Positions 40,403 to 54,610 of a stretch of 64,000 nucleotides of DNA are shown here, one piece after another. The position numbers and the translations under genes were made by a program. A model generated the notes under the pieces. It saw nothing but the letters and a program-made list of their open reading frames with translations, was not told the DNA's origin and ran no database searches. Each line of letters begins with the position of its first letter. Position 1 is the first letter of the stretch. The stretch is from the NCBI GenBank assembly GCA_951406725.2, contig OX597835.1:22196001-22260000 (forward strand). The letters are read 5' to 3'. This DNA is from Octopus vulgaris (Eukaryota).

Positions 40403-40447
40403 GTCTTACAGCTGTTTCCGGGATATTTTATATCCTTCATCAGAGAC
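40403..40447 (-). ncRNA. Minimal type-I hammerhead ribozyme (Penelope/retrozyme type)
   Basis: Minus strand GTCT-CTGATGA-A-GGATAT(AAA)ATATCC-CG-GAAA-CAGCTG-TA-AGAC: canonical core, stem II, palindromic ACAGCTGT stem III, GTA cleavage triplet, stem I GTCT/AGAC. Confidence 0.8.
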
Positions 40448-40569
40448 AGTGCGAGAAAATGTTGAAGTAACAGTTATTATAGAGACTGTTAATTATATAT
40501 ATGTATGCACACATTCATTTAGCCACCGCTTCTCGACATACCACTCAGACTCTCTTCATATTCATTATT

Positions 40570-41475
40570 AGCCACCGCCTACCATCTGCCACCACCGCCA
40601 CCACCACCACCCACACCAACACCACCACCCACACCAACACCAACAACAGTGTCACCTTCATTGATATATTCCCCCGCTATCCCCGCTGTCATCGCTAATC
40701 ACAGCAGACACTACCACCACCACCACCACCACTACCACCACCACCACCACCACCACCACCACCACCACCACAACCACTACCACCACCACCACCACCACCA
40801 CCACCACCACCACCACCACCACTACCACCACCAACACCAACACCACCACCACCACCACACCACTACAGTGAAACCTAGTTGCCTCCATCACCAACATCAC
40901 CACCAGAGTTACCCCCTCCGCCACTAGACCTCACCACCCCGGTGTCACCCTCCCTGCTATAAACATATACTTATACATACATGCATACATACATATATAC
41001 ATACATACATTATCTATCTATATATACACACACACGCACGCACAAACCCCCACACACACTCACACACACATATTCCCCGCTGCTACCGTCACCACAATTC
41101 TGACACTACCACCCTCGCCGCCACCACTACCACCACCACCATCCATAAAACTATTATCTACCTTACTATAAAAATCTCTCCTCCGCCGCGGCCACCACCA
41201 CCACCACCACCATCGCCACGACAATATCACCCTGACTGCTTTACTCCACCATCACCTTCCACCATCGCCCACCCCACCATCGTCCATATTTTACACACTC
41301 ACACACACACTCACTCACACTCACACACATACACACTCTCACTCCTTACTACCACTTCAGTCACAACCCTCCTCCTCCTCCACGCTGCTAAAACTTCACA
41401 ACATTACATACAAACCTCACTACACCACACCGCACCACACCGCACCACACTGCCTTCACTCACTCACTCACTCAC
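40570..41475. repeat. (CAC)n/(CCA)n-rich low-complexity region
   Basis: Direct inspection. Confidence 0.9.
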
Positions 41476-41479
41476 TCGC

Positions 41480-41682
41480 TACATTCACACATTCTAAAGT
41501 GGTCTAAGCATGGTTTATTTACATTTGCAGATTTTGTCAACTGGGTAGATTTTCATTTTTGGACGAAAAGATAGAGTAAACATATAAAAAAAAAAAAAAC
41601 AAACCCACTTTAAAAGACACAAAATTACAGAACAAAATTACGGTTCCACACTCCCTTGACAACTCTTCAGGATTTCTTTAAG
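41480..41682 (+). other. Candidate non-coding (5'UTR) exon
   Basis: Consensus donor AAG|GTAAGT at 41682/41683; possible acceptor TTTACATTTGCAG at 41530; stops in all frames; unique sequence. Confidence 0.45.
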
Positions 41683-42067
41683 GTAAGTTCATTCGGACGT
41701 CTCATATTGTTATTCATATGACTGTTCCATAACGTGTCTTTTTCATTGAAGTCCTCTATCCGTAGCCGTGTCTCTTTCATTCACTGTTTCGTCTGTCCTT
41801 GTCCTCACTGTGTGATGTCACAACCAACTGTTCTTTTTTAATCTATTTTAATTTTTTTATTCTTTCATTGTGTCGGCCTATATTTGTTTTTGGCTTTTGT
41901 TCTCCGCTTTTTTCCCGTTTTTCTTCTTTCTTTTTCTTCACTTTTCAGTAAAATGCAGGATAAAAGACACGCACAACATATCTATCTTTCTTTTCTCTCT
42001 ATTTCTCTCTCTGTCACTTTGTCACTAAGTGTGTGGGTGTGTGGGTGTTTATATATATGTACACATA

Positions 42068-42460
<393 letters not shown>

Positions 42461-42759
42461 TCGACAAGTATATTGCGTATAGACAACACTTATTTGCGTG
42501 GATTCGGTCTTCGTTCGACTTTGGAATTTAGGTATCTGGTTTGGTCTGGGCACCAATCTGCCTGTATCTATTATACGCCTAATGTTTTTTTTTATTTTTG
42601 ACCCGTTATACGTACATACATACATGTATAAGTATATATATAAACATACACACACACACATGTACATTTACACACAACTAATTACACAGCTATCTACCGT
42701 TATACGCCCGAATTTACATAGACGCACACACATACACCCGCACCTACACATAAACACAC

Positions 42760-43177
42760 TTATTTCTTTACTACCCACAAGGGGCTACACACAGAGATGA
42801 CAAACAAGGACAGACAAACGGATTAAGTCGATTATATCGATCCCAGTGTGTAACTGGTAATTATTTAATCGACCCCGAAATGCTAAAAGGCAAAGTCGAC
42901 CTCGGCGGAATTTGGACTCAGAACGTCGCGGCAGACGAAATACCTATTTCTTTATTACCCACAAGGGGCTAAACATAGAGAGGACAAACAAGGACAGACA
43001 AACGGATTAAGTCGATTATATCGACCCCAGTGCGTAACTGGTATTTATTTCATCGACCCCGAAAGGATGAAAGGCAAAGTCGACCTCGGCGGAATTTGAA
43101 CCCAGAACATAGCGACAGACGAAATACCGCAAAGCATTTCGCCCGGCGTGCTAACGTTTCTGCCAGCTCGCCGCCTT
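42760..43177 (-). mobile_element. Dimeric SINE A
   Basis: Two tandem units with the same junction (GCAGACGAAATACCTATTTCTTTA) as the dimer at 38891-39347. Confidence 0.85.
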
Positions 43178-43187
43178 ACATACACAT

Positions 43188-43267
<80 letters not shown>

Positions 43268-43405
43268 TCACACACACACAACACGTATCACCAAGACCAC
43301 CAAATTTGTATGTAGACCTTAAACAAACATGCTACACATACACACACTCATGTGCATACATCTACACAATCAAAAGCGCATACATGGACCTCGGACAGTA
43401 ATACA

Positions 43406-43406
43406 G

Positions 43407-43442
<36 letters not shown>

Positions 43443-43549
43443 CTGCATGCGAGTGTGCGTGCGTGTGTGCGTGTGTGTGTGTGTGTGTGCGTGCATGCGA
43501 GTGTGCGTGCGTGTGTGCGTGTGTGTGTGTGTGTGTGCGTGCATGCGAG

Positions 43550-43589
<40 letters not shown>

Positions 43590-43602
43590 CGTGCGAGTGT
43601 GC

Positions 43603-43637
<35 letters not shown>

Positions 43638-43790
43638 CATGCGAGTGTGCGTGCGTGTGTGCGTGTGTGTGTGTGTGTGCGTGCGTGCGAGTGTGCGTGC
43701 GTGTGTGTGTGTGTGTGTGTGTGTGCGTGCATGCGAGTGTGCGTGCGTGTGTGCGTGTGTGTGTGTGTGTGTGCGTGCGTGCGAGTGTGC

Positions 43791-43821
<31 letters not shown>

Positions 43822-43886
43822 CCTGCATGCGAGTGTGCGTGCGTGTGTGCGTGTGTGTGTGTGTGTGTGCGTGCTTGCGAGTGTGC

Positions 43887-43925
<39 letters not shown>

Positions 43926-43935
43926 CGAATGTGCG
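43406..43935. repeat. Higher-order (GT)/(GCGT) repeat with a ~45-50-bp unit
   Basis: Recurring GCATGCGAGTGTGCGTGCGTGTGTG. Confidence 0.9.
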
Positions 43936-44563
43936 TCAGTGCCGCCTTGACCTATGTACGCTGTGGGCTTATTATCAATGAATAAATGCTCAAAGGCCCA
44001 GGGCGATAATATGCACGGGGGCGGCGGCTTTGATGCCGCTCGGGCAGCATTGGTGTTTGAGCGCGTGCGCGTGTGTGTACGTATGTTTGGGCGCAGGTAT
44101 TTAGAGATTCGCGTCCGAATCTCATGGTCTTGGGTTCAGTCCTACTACGCGGCACCTTCGATCAGCGTCTTCTATTATAGTCTTGTGAATGAATTTGGTT
44201 GACGGAAACAAACTGGAAGAGCATCATACACACACGCACACACACACACACACACACACAAATACACACACACACACACACACATATGTATACCCACACG
44301 CATATATGATATCTAGATAACATCTATATATATGTGTGTGTGTGTGTGTGCGCGTGTGTATGTGTGTGTGTGTGTGTCGTGTGTATGTGTGTGTGTGTGG
44401 TCTTAAGGCATGCGCACCCCGGACAGTTGTCTAGGGTTTATCGAGTCTTGGGACTCAATTCTGACCTATGGACGCTGTGGTTTACTAATATTAAAGGGCT
44501 CGGGGTAATGATTTGCTCGGGTGCCTATGATGCTGCTAAGACGGCTCGTGTGTGTATGTGTGC

Positions 44564-44605
<42 letters not shown>

Positions 44606-44742
44606 GTTTAAAAATATTGAACACAAGCACGACAAAGGAACGAACTGAAAACTCACACACAAGATGCGGACATGCTCTCTCCTCGTCTGTTATCGACCCC
44701 CCCCCCCCCACAAAAAAAAATAAAATCATTACAATTTCACGT

Positions 44743-44896
44743 GGCTGTGTGGTAAGAAGCTTGCTTCCGAACAACATGGTTCTGGGTTCGGTGCTACTGT
44801 GTGACACCTTGGGCAAGTGTCTTGCACTATAGCCTCGTGTCGGCCAAAGCCTTGTGAATGGATTTGGTAGACGGAAACTGAAAGAAGCCCGTCGCT

Positions 44897-44933
<37 letters not shown>

Positions 44934-45153
44934 ATTTGTGTGTATATGTCTGTGTTTGCCTCCACCATCAACGCTTGCCAACCGATGGTGGCGTGTTTAC
45001 ATCCCCGGTAACACAGCGGTTCGGCAAAAGACCCCGAGAAAACAGGTACTAGGCTTACAAAGAATTAGTCCCGGTGTCGATTTCTTCAACTAAACCCCTT
45101 TAAGGCGGTGCTCCAGCATGGCCGCAGTCCAATGACTGAAACAAGCAAAAGAA
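44743..45153 (+). mobile_element. SINE family B, full length
   Basis: Consensus head to tail. Confidence 0.9.
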
Positions 45154-45255
45154 TATACATTTAAACCGTGATCCTACGACCGCGAATCCGCTGCCCTAAC
45201 CACTGGGTCATTGCGCCACCACACGTATATAAGAACACATATGTATATAGATATC

Positions 45256-45488
45256 CAGGGTTGGCCTAAGGCCACCCGACAGTAAATCAAAATTCCATAA
45301 ACACTTTCTGTAATTCTCTATCGACTCGAATGGGAAAACGTGTCACTCAAGAAGGACTTCAGTTTGAACAATTTTCATGAAGTTTCATATTTAGATGCTT
45401 TTATTAAATTCATTCAGTTGTTAAATATAAATATATCTTGGAATTAAATGGTTTTGGTTTACCGTCTGGTGACTTTTGGCCAATCCTA
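45256..45488. mobile_element. Tc1/mariner-type MITE
   Basis: ~40-bp imperfect TIRs CAGGGTTGGCC..CACCCGACAGTAAATCAAAA and TTTTGGTTTACCGTCTGGTGACTTTTGGCCAATCCTA, in a TA context. Confidence 0.75.
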
Positions 45489-46121
45489 TATATACATGCA
45501 TATACATGTATGTATGCATAAACATGCACACACACACTCAAACACACACACGCATACACAACACATACACGTATCTGTATACATGTGTATGCATGCGAGT
45601 GTGCATGCGTGCGTTCGTGTTACGTGTGTATAACCGATATGGTTAAGCTATTATTTCTGTCGTCTGCTTTTGTAAGAGCTGAACGTCTGCTCGCGTTTGC
45701 AACTCGATGCGTTACCGACCCGGTTTCAATATCAGTTTCTGTCGTCAAAATTCTGACCAACCACTCGACGTGCTAGAAACAACAGCCAAATTTTCTCGTA
45801 GGTTAATGTAGGGCTAGATACAGATGACAGGATGGTCGCGGTTGGAACACCATTGATTAAACATATTGATGGTTGAGAAATGAGTCGGGATTGTATAATA
45901 AATTAGCCACGGTGGAGATATAGGAGCCAATGATGGACGTTTTGTGCGGTAGCTTGACATGCTAGAAATAGCGGCTAAAACCATACGGTATCTACATCTG
46001 TGGATATGCTCTAGCATGGCAGTGATAGCTAAAACAAACACCAGTTTTCAAGCAGTAGCGAGGGCTGGCGGGAGGGGTGGCAACTTAAGCGCAAAGGCGC
46101 ATCTGCAATATATACATTTTA

Positions 46122-46474
46122 TGACTGTGTAGAAAGAAGCTTGCTTCACAACCACAAGTTTCTGGGTTCAGTCCCATTGCATGGCACTTTGGGCAAGTGT
46201 CTTCTACTGTAGCCTCGGGCCGACCAAAGCCTTGTGAGTGGATTTAGTAGACAGAAACTGAAAATAAAACCCCGCATATATGTGGGGTGGGGGTATGTAT
46301 ACACCTATGTGTGTATCTTTGTGTCTGTTCTCCCATCACCGCTTGACAATCGGTGTTGGGGTGATTACATCCCCGTAACATAGCGGTTCGGCAAAAGAGA
46401 CAGACAGAATAAGTTCTTGGCTTTAAAATACACTTCAAGGCGGTGCTCCAGCATTGCCACAGTCAAATGACTGA

Positions 46475-46510
<36 letters not shown>

Positions 46511-47245
46511 TTGCTTGTTTGAATTATTTGGCTGCGGCCATGCTGAGGCACCGCCTTCAAGAAGTTTGGTCGAACGAATCGACACCAGTACTCATTGTCT
46601 TTTAAGTCTGGCACTCACATTATTGGTCTCTTTGCCCGAATCGTAGATTACGGGGATGTAAACAAACCAGCACCGGTTGTCAAGTGGTGATGGCGAACAA
46701 ACACACATGTAGAATAATATATATATAGTATGCGTATTTCGTCTTCTTTACGCTCTGAGTTCAAATTCCGCCGAGGTCGACTTTGCTTTTCATCCTTTCG
46801 GGGTCGATAGATTAAGTACCAGTTGCGTACTGGGGTCGATCTAATCTACTGGCCCCGTCCCCCAAAATTTCGGGCCTTGTGTCTACAGTAGAACAGTGGG
46901 GCTGAACCTGAAACCGCGTGGTTGCAACTCAGAGCGTAAAACAACGTGGAGTACCATTAAGCATTTGTGTCTGGCGTACCAACGATTCTACAAGTTTGCT
47001 GCCTGAATAATTCCTTCTACATTAGGCACAAGGCTTGAAATTTGGTGGGGGGGGGGGGGGCAGATAAAGGGGGGGGCAAGTCTATCATATCGACCCCAGT
47101 ACGCAACTGGTACCTATTTTTATTCTCTTCAAAAGAATGAAAGGTAAAGTCAACGCCGTCGGAATTTGAACTCAAAAGACGTAAAACCTGATGAGATGCC
47201 ACTAAGCATTCCGCTTGGCATGCTCACCATTCTACCAGCTTGGCA
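46122..47245. mobile_element. SINE cluster: B + 46122-46478, B - 46510-46705, A + 46733-46893, A - 47012-47245
   Basis: Family consensus motifs. Confidence 0.8.
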
Positions 47246-48025
47246 CCGTGTAATAACATCCATAAACACAAGTATTATTACTGTTACTACGATGGCGATC
47301 TGGCACAATGGTTTGTGCACCGGAAAAAAATGCTCCAATTCAATGTGATCCAATTCATCGCTAGAGTTTCTCATATGCACACTCAAAAAGTGTGTACAGC
47401 CACATACGGTATGTGTGTTTGTGTGTGTGTATATATATGTATACACACACACACACACATGCATACACACACATGCATACACACACATGCATACACACAC
47501 ATGCTTGAGATCTGTCAGACTATATATATATATGTATATATATATCATCTTGTCAGATGATATCCTTCTCATGTTAAATGACAGTGGGACATCTGTACAT
47601 CATTGGATTTCAATGACAAAAGCTTGTACGACACTTTTGCCATTCGCTCGGCCGCCGTAGAAGGTTCCTCTGACAAGCATTGCAAAATGTCTGATAACTG
47701 TTTTGACTGCAAATTATATGTCAAAATATCTTTCTCCTAGAAAAGCTGGTTTTTCTACGATTTCATCAAAAGGAGCGGGAATCTCCTCTATCCCTCAAGA
47801 AAATGGATGCGTATCATTCAATCAAATTATAACATAAATGATATATATATGCATATATACATACATATGTACATACATACATACATGGGTTTCCAACTCG
47901 GCATCCGAAACTCAGAGTTTTATCTTGGCTACTGAATAATTGTCACATATTATTTTACAGATAAATTTCCTCTATTTACATAATATTGAGGTCTCTTTCT
48001 TTCTTTTGTTATCTTACCGTTTTTA

Positions 48026-48067
<42 letters not shown>

Positions 48068-48069
<2 letters not shown>

Positions 48070-48158
48070 CACCTTGGGCAAGTGCCTTCTACTATAGCCT
48101 CGGGCCGACCAAAGCCTTATGAATGGATTTGATAGACAGAAACTGAAAGAAGCCCGTC

Positions 48159-48201
<43 letters not shown>

Positions 48202-48600
48202 GTGTGTGTGTGTGTGTGGTGCCTTTGTGTCTGCATTTGTCCCCCCACCATCGCTCGGCAACCAATGTTGGTGTGTTTACGTACTCGTAACTTACCGGTT
48301 CGGCAAAAATGATCGATAGAATAAGTACTGGGGGACGATTCATTCGACTAAAACTTCTTCAAGGCGGTGCCCCAGCATGGCCACAGCGTAATGACTGAAA
48401 CTAGTAAACTAAACGATTAAAGGTATAGACAGTGGGTGTGTGCTAAGTTTGCTTTCAAGGGCGCCGGATAAAATGCTTGGCGGCTTATCGTTCAACTGTA
48501 CATTCTAAGCTCAAATTCCACCGAGGTCGACTTGGCATTTCATCTCTTTCTGGGTCGATAAAATACATAACATTTGCGCGCCGGGGTTGATGTACGCCCT
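48068..48600 (+). mobile_element. SINE B (48068-48410) and SINE A fragment
   Basis: Family consensus motifs. Confidence 0.8.
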
Positions 48601-49192
48601 ACACCGAAATTTGAATCGTATTGTCTTACCAATAATCCTTTCTACTATAGGCACAAGGCCTCTAATTTGTGGGAGGGGGGTTACGCCCTACCTTGAAAAA
48701 CTGCCGGCCGTGTGCCGAAATTCGAAACCAACATGTATGTTTGTATATGATGCGGGAAGTGAGTTTGTAATATCAACAGCAATGAAATATATACACCGAT
48801 GGTACCGGGTGTATAGAGATATGATACCCCAGCATTCGCATCACTGTCTCTTCTTCAATGTACAGATATGTAAAATGCTCGGGGTGGAAGAAAGGGGTGG
48901 ATATCGTTTCATCCCAAACTACGCACTGAAGTTGTGTTTTGTGTCTGTATATGAAAGTATATATTTCACAACGCACACCTCACACACACACGCACACACA
49001 CACACAAACACACAGACACACACACACACCATCACACACATGTGTATATACACACACACACAAACACGCACGCACGCACACACACACACACACACACCAT
49101 CACACACATTTGTATACACACACACACACACCATCACACACATGTGTATACACACACACACACAAACACGCACGCACACACACACAAACACG

Positions 49193-49232
<40 letters not shown>

Positions 49233-49562
49233 ATCACACACATTTGTATACACACACACCATCATACACATGTGTATACACACACACACACCATCACACA
49301 CATGTGTATACACATACACACACACAGATACACAGTCACGTATTCTGTAATTTGGGATTTACACTGGGTTTCATGCGGAAAAAAATCGTCTATTTATGAT
49401 TAATTCCAGCGAAAACCCCGAGTGACGTCTCGCGAAACCACAGAGTTCCGGGAAACTCTGGGTGGGAAGCACTTCTCTACGTTCTATATTTGAATCGCCT
49501 TGGGGTGGTCCGATAAAATAATTGTAATTTTGTGGATCGACCTGAATACAATAATGACAGAA

Positions 49563-49740
49563 TATAGTGAAAGCCGCTTATTGCGATCACTTTACGACGG
49601 AGTTTTTTTTACATTATTAATAACTGGCTGGTAATCATCTTAAGCAGAAGATATGCAAAATCTCATGTGTTCACGACCTAATTTTGATAAGAATAAGCGT
49701 TTGATGACATTATCTTTGATTATAAGCGGCTTTCACTGTA
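49563..49740. mobile_element. Tc1/pogo-type MITE
   Basis: TIRs (T/C)AGTGAAAGCCGCTTAT and ATAAGCGGCTTTCACTG, with TA flanks. Confidence 0.7.
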
Positions 49741-49984
49741 CTAAAAAGTTTCAAGCGGAAGATATGACATTATCTTAAGGGTTCTTAAAATTCTCTAATT
49801 TTGATACGAATAAGCATTTGATGACATTATCTGTGATTATAATAAGCGACTTATAATCTGTACTAAGGCATTACATACCACACATTTACCAACACTCATA
49901 GCTCATGTAGGAAGTGAGAGAGAAGAAACTAAAAGGACACACAGATATCACGCTTAGGTCAACAGAGAGAAACCGAACCAACGA

Positions 49985-50480
49985 GGGAGTCTGTATGTGG
50001 TTACTTAATCTTCTAAAAACAACAGCCAAATTTCCTCCAAATCATACCCTGGCGTCTTAAAAAATAAAAAAAGTCTGATTCTGGATTTCTTCCACCTAGA
50101 AAAGACAGAGGGGATGGTCACGGCTGGAATGCCTTCAATCATAAGTCTACTTGATCAGAGCTGACTTGAGAGCTGATCAGCAACAACAACAACAACTACA
50201 TAACAGAAACAACCAAGAAGGGAACCTCTGTGTGGTCGCTCAAATTGCTAGAAATAATAGACAAATCCTTATACTTCGCTCCTTTAGCATAACAAAAAAA
50301 TAAAAAAATAAAAACAATGGCACATTGGATAATGTAGTCCTAGGTGTGCAATGCCTGAGAGAAGAAAATACAGAGGATGGACTTGGCTGGCTTGAGTTTG
50401 ATCATAAGTTTACTCGAAGGGGACTGACCTGGGGCTAAACAAAACAATTACGACGACGACAGCATCGACAACAACAACAC
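49985..50480 (+). mobile_element. Two tandem copies of a fourth short interspersed family ending in (CAA)n; another copy at 53020-53230
   Basis: Shared CTAGAAA(T/C)AACAGCCAAAT...ATGGTCACGGCTGGAATGCCTT...ATCATAAGT motifs. Confidence 0.6.
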
Positions 50481-50916
50481 ATAAGATGGTCTGGTTAGCG
50501 TTTTTTATTGGTCCAGCGACAGCATATCCCACCCGACCGCCCACCCTCTATAAAAAGAAAACTATAATTTCCTTGAAGCATGGCAAGGATCCGACCTTTT
50601 ACCCCTTCTTTTCAACTTGGACCGACATGACACCCACCGCCACCACCACCCACTCCCCGCCCCAGCCGACAAAATATAAACACAACCCGTCTCTAGAGGT
50701 CACGTGACAGTCACATCCGCCTTTAGCATTCTTCAAACGCAGCTGCAGGACAACTCCTTTCATCCGTTCAGGGGTCGATAAAAATAGGCACCATTTGAGC
50801 CCTGGGGGTCGACGTAATCGACTGACCCTTCTTCCCCACCCTATCCCGCAATATTGCTCACCTTGAGCTAAACTTGGAATTAATTATAATAATTAATATT
50901 GTTGGTAAGACAACAA

Positions 50917-51775
50917 GGCGGCGAGCTGGCAGAATCGTTAGCACGTCGGGCGAAATGCTTAGCGGTATTTCGTCTGCCGCTACGTTCTGAGTTCAAATTC
51001 CGCCGATGCCGACTTTGCCTTTCATCTTTTCGGGGTCGATTAAATAAGTACCAGTTACGCACTGGGGTCCATATAATCGACTTAATCCGTTTGTCTGTCC
51101 TTGCTTGTCCTCTGTGTTTAGCCCCTTGTGGGTAGTAAAGAAATAGGTATTACGTTCTGAGTTCAAATTCCGCTGGGGTCGACTTTGCCTTTCATCCTTT
51201 CGAAGTTGATTCAATAAGTACCAGTTGAGCCACTGGGATCGATGTAAATTTCAGGTCTTGTGCCTATAAAAGAAAGGATTATTATTGTTAAGACAGTGAG
51301 AAGGGAGAATTGTTTGTGTCGAGCAAAAATTCCTAGGGCTATTTCTTCTGACTCATTATATTCTCAGTTCAAATTCTGCCGGGGTCAATTGCGTCTTTCA
51401 TTGCTCCGAGGTCGATAAAGTACGTATAAGTCATGTACTAGGGTCAATGTAATCTACTGAATCCCTTTCCCTAGCGTTGTTGGTCTTGTGTCAAAATTAG
51501 AAAGAATTGTTATTGTTTAGCGATGAGCTGGTAGGATTGTTAGAAATCTGGACAAAATGCTTATAAAATTGTTAGCAATGTGGACAAAATGACTTGGTTC
51601 TGAGTTTAAATACCACTGAGGTCGGCTTTGCCTTTCATTTTTTCAAGGGCGACTTTGCTGTTCATCCTTCAGGTGTCGTTAAATTAAGTACCAGTTGAGC
51701 ACTGGGGTCAATGTAACCAGCTTTGCACTCCCACTGAAAAGTTTCAAAGCTTGTGCCTGTAAGGGACAGAATTAT
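50917..51775 (+). mobile_element. Tandem SINE A cluster, young dimer then older copies
   Basis: Four B-box plus central-motif units. Confidence 0.8.
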
Positions 51776-52212
51776 TAATTGGGAGAAAACAAAAACTTTT
51801 GAGAGAAGATAGAGGACAGTTTGTTAAATCGATCCCTCGTAGTCCCACGACAATGTCTGGTACTTCTACAAAATCAGAAATCCCCTAGAAACCCATCGAC
51901 ATAGCAACAGACTTAACTCTTTACCATTCAGATGTCTCTGTCAAATGCAATGCTTATTTATTGTTTTGAATTAATCATGAATTATCTTATAGCATTGAGA
52001 TTTCAATGAGGTGAGTGCTTATTTTTAGAATGACATTGTAAGGTGGGTGTGAGAGGTCAAATCTGGCGATTTTGAGCATAGATTCAGTTGAATATTTAAG
52101 CCAGATCTGGCTCATTTAAGCGCTTGTGTTAAAGCAGAACCTGTGGAACACACCATTTCTCTTCTCATCATCAATAGCAGAGACCATTAGACGACCAATG
52201 ACATGAAACATG

Positions 52213-52277
<65 letters not shown>

Positions 52278-52291
52278 TCTCTCTCTCTCCC

Positions 52292-52322
<31 letters not shown>

Positions 52323-52509
52323 TTATCTATCTATCTCTTTCTTTCTTTCTCTCTCTCTATCTAAAATCGCCACTGCTCTAAGAAGTAGGCAAGGCTCGTC
52401 GTCACTCCTACTTAGACATTTCTTAATTACTCATTTCTTCCCTTCACGTCACCATTTTACAAATCCATCTCAGTCCATAAATTACGCTAACCTTGCCGAG
52501 ACTCTATTA

Positions 52510-52990
52510 TACCGGTTCAGCTTGGTCCCTAAATTATGTCGGTTTTGATTAGACATTAAATAATTGCAATTATTGTCAACCCAGTTTGGTTTCTAGATTA
52601 TGTCTATCTTCTCTGGAACCCGTAACTATGTCAGTCCAGTTTGGCCCCTAAATAATGTTAGTCCTGCTTAGTCCACCCTGGTTACTTAATACTATCTGGA
52701 CTTGCAGTTTTTTTGCCAACCCAAACTGATCCCTAAATTCCAGTCTTCTTTGAACCCTCATTTATGCCAGTCCAGTTTCTTTTCTAAATTGTATCTATCC
52801 TACTTTGACCTTCGGTTATGCTAATCCTGTCTGGACCCTAAATTATACCATTCCTGCTTAGACCTTAAATTATTATAATTATTGCCAGTCCAACTTGGTC
52901 CCTAAATTATGCTTAGTTAAGCTTGGACTCTGATTTAACCAACCCAACCTGGTCCCTAAATTACGCCTGTCGTACCTGGACCCTCAATCT
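52510..52990. repeat. Degenerate ~28-bp minisatellite
   Basis: Recurring CCAGTTTGGTCCCTAAATTATG-like units. Confidence 0.65.
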
Positions 52991-53328
52991 CTCAACAACC
53001 AATTACACTTTACAGACAAGGAGCCTTTATATGGTCGTCCGACATGTTAGAAATACCAGCCAAATCTCCCTCAAAATACATCGTACCGTCTTCAAAGAAA
53101 AAAAAAAGACTCATTGAATAATTTAATCTCTGATTTAGAAAAAAGGCGAAGTGGTTATGGCAGGAATGCTTTCAACCATAGATTTTAACAATTAGGGGTT
53201 AGTTTGGGACTAAATAACAACAATAACTATATGTCAATAAGGTGTGTCAAGGAAAGTTAATCTAGCGGAACAGATTAGGGAACTCTCCAGGGTATTTAGG
53301 TTGGAACAACCTTTATTTATTTTATATA

Positions 53329-53447
<119 letters not shown>

Positions 53448-54557
53448 ATTTTCTTTAATTGCTTTAGGGATTACGGAAACCTGAGTTGAGAAAAACGATT
53501 CTGGGGATCATTTATAATTTATAACGGGGAAGAAGGGGGAAAAAAGAGGGGAGACGATGAGAACATGCAAGAATACGCATGAGAACGAGAGGGAAAAAGA
53601 GGGGTGAGGGAGAGAGCGATGAAAAAAAAAAGAAAACGACTCAAGAGAGAAAGCTTGGATGAAGAATATTTGTAAGTGCTGACGTTTGTAGAAATATGAT
53701 GACAAGAAGGCGATGCAATAATGTTGGCCCTCTTCGTTCCTTTATTGATTGCAACCACCGTTTATAATGAGTGGAAATTCTAAGAGGGGTAAGGAACGAA
53801 ACGAAAACAGAAAATGATTAGTTAGTACTATGGGGTTTTTTTTCGGGTAGATGGGTGGGTCGGATATTTTTTGGGTTTTTTTTTTTTGGTAAGTAGGATG
53901 TAATCGAGTTGGGGTAGGGGCGGGATTCTTGTGTGAGAATTCTACCTTGTCGTTTCTCCCAATCACTGAAATACCAGCAGTAATTGAGAACAGGCATTAA
54001 TAAACACACACACACACACGTACACACACAAGAACACGCACGCACACACCTACACACACATTCACACACACAAGACCACACACACATACATAAATACAGA
54101 CACACACACACACATACATAATACATACATGCATATATCTTATATTGGTGTATCGGCCAGACTATCAGACGTTGTTGCACGTTGCTAATCACAATGCGCT
54201 TCCTATTTGTTCTTGATTGCCCCATTCTTTTCCATTTTGGCCCAAATCTTTTAATGAAATTGTCTTATCATCGTGGAGGCCTTTCTGACCTCTTATATGC
54301 ATATATAGAGCATAATGAGATACCCATATCTACATTGCTGAAACAGCTGTAAGATCTAGTTTATATTTATATCTATATTTATTTATATTTATTTATACGT
54401 ATTGTACTTATTGTATCATATTACTCATTAATGTGCACTATTTTGTTCTGTATTATTGTGTTTGATCTTGATGTTCCTATGTAGTTGGTTAATAAATTAT
54501 GTGAATGGGTATTATCTGGTAGTTGATTATTGATTAAAGTGTATTACTCCATTTTCT

Positions 54558-54610
<53 letters not shown>

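Noticed and set aside
52510-52990. Regularly spaced repeats as a CRISPR-like array
   Set aside because: Eukaryotic context, degenerate contiguous units, no unique spacers or cas genes
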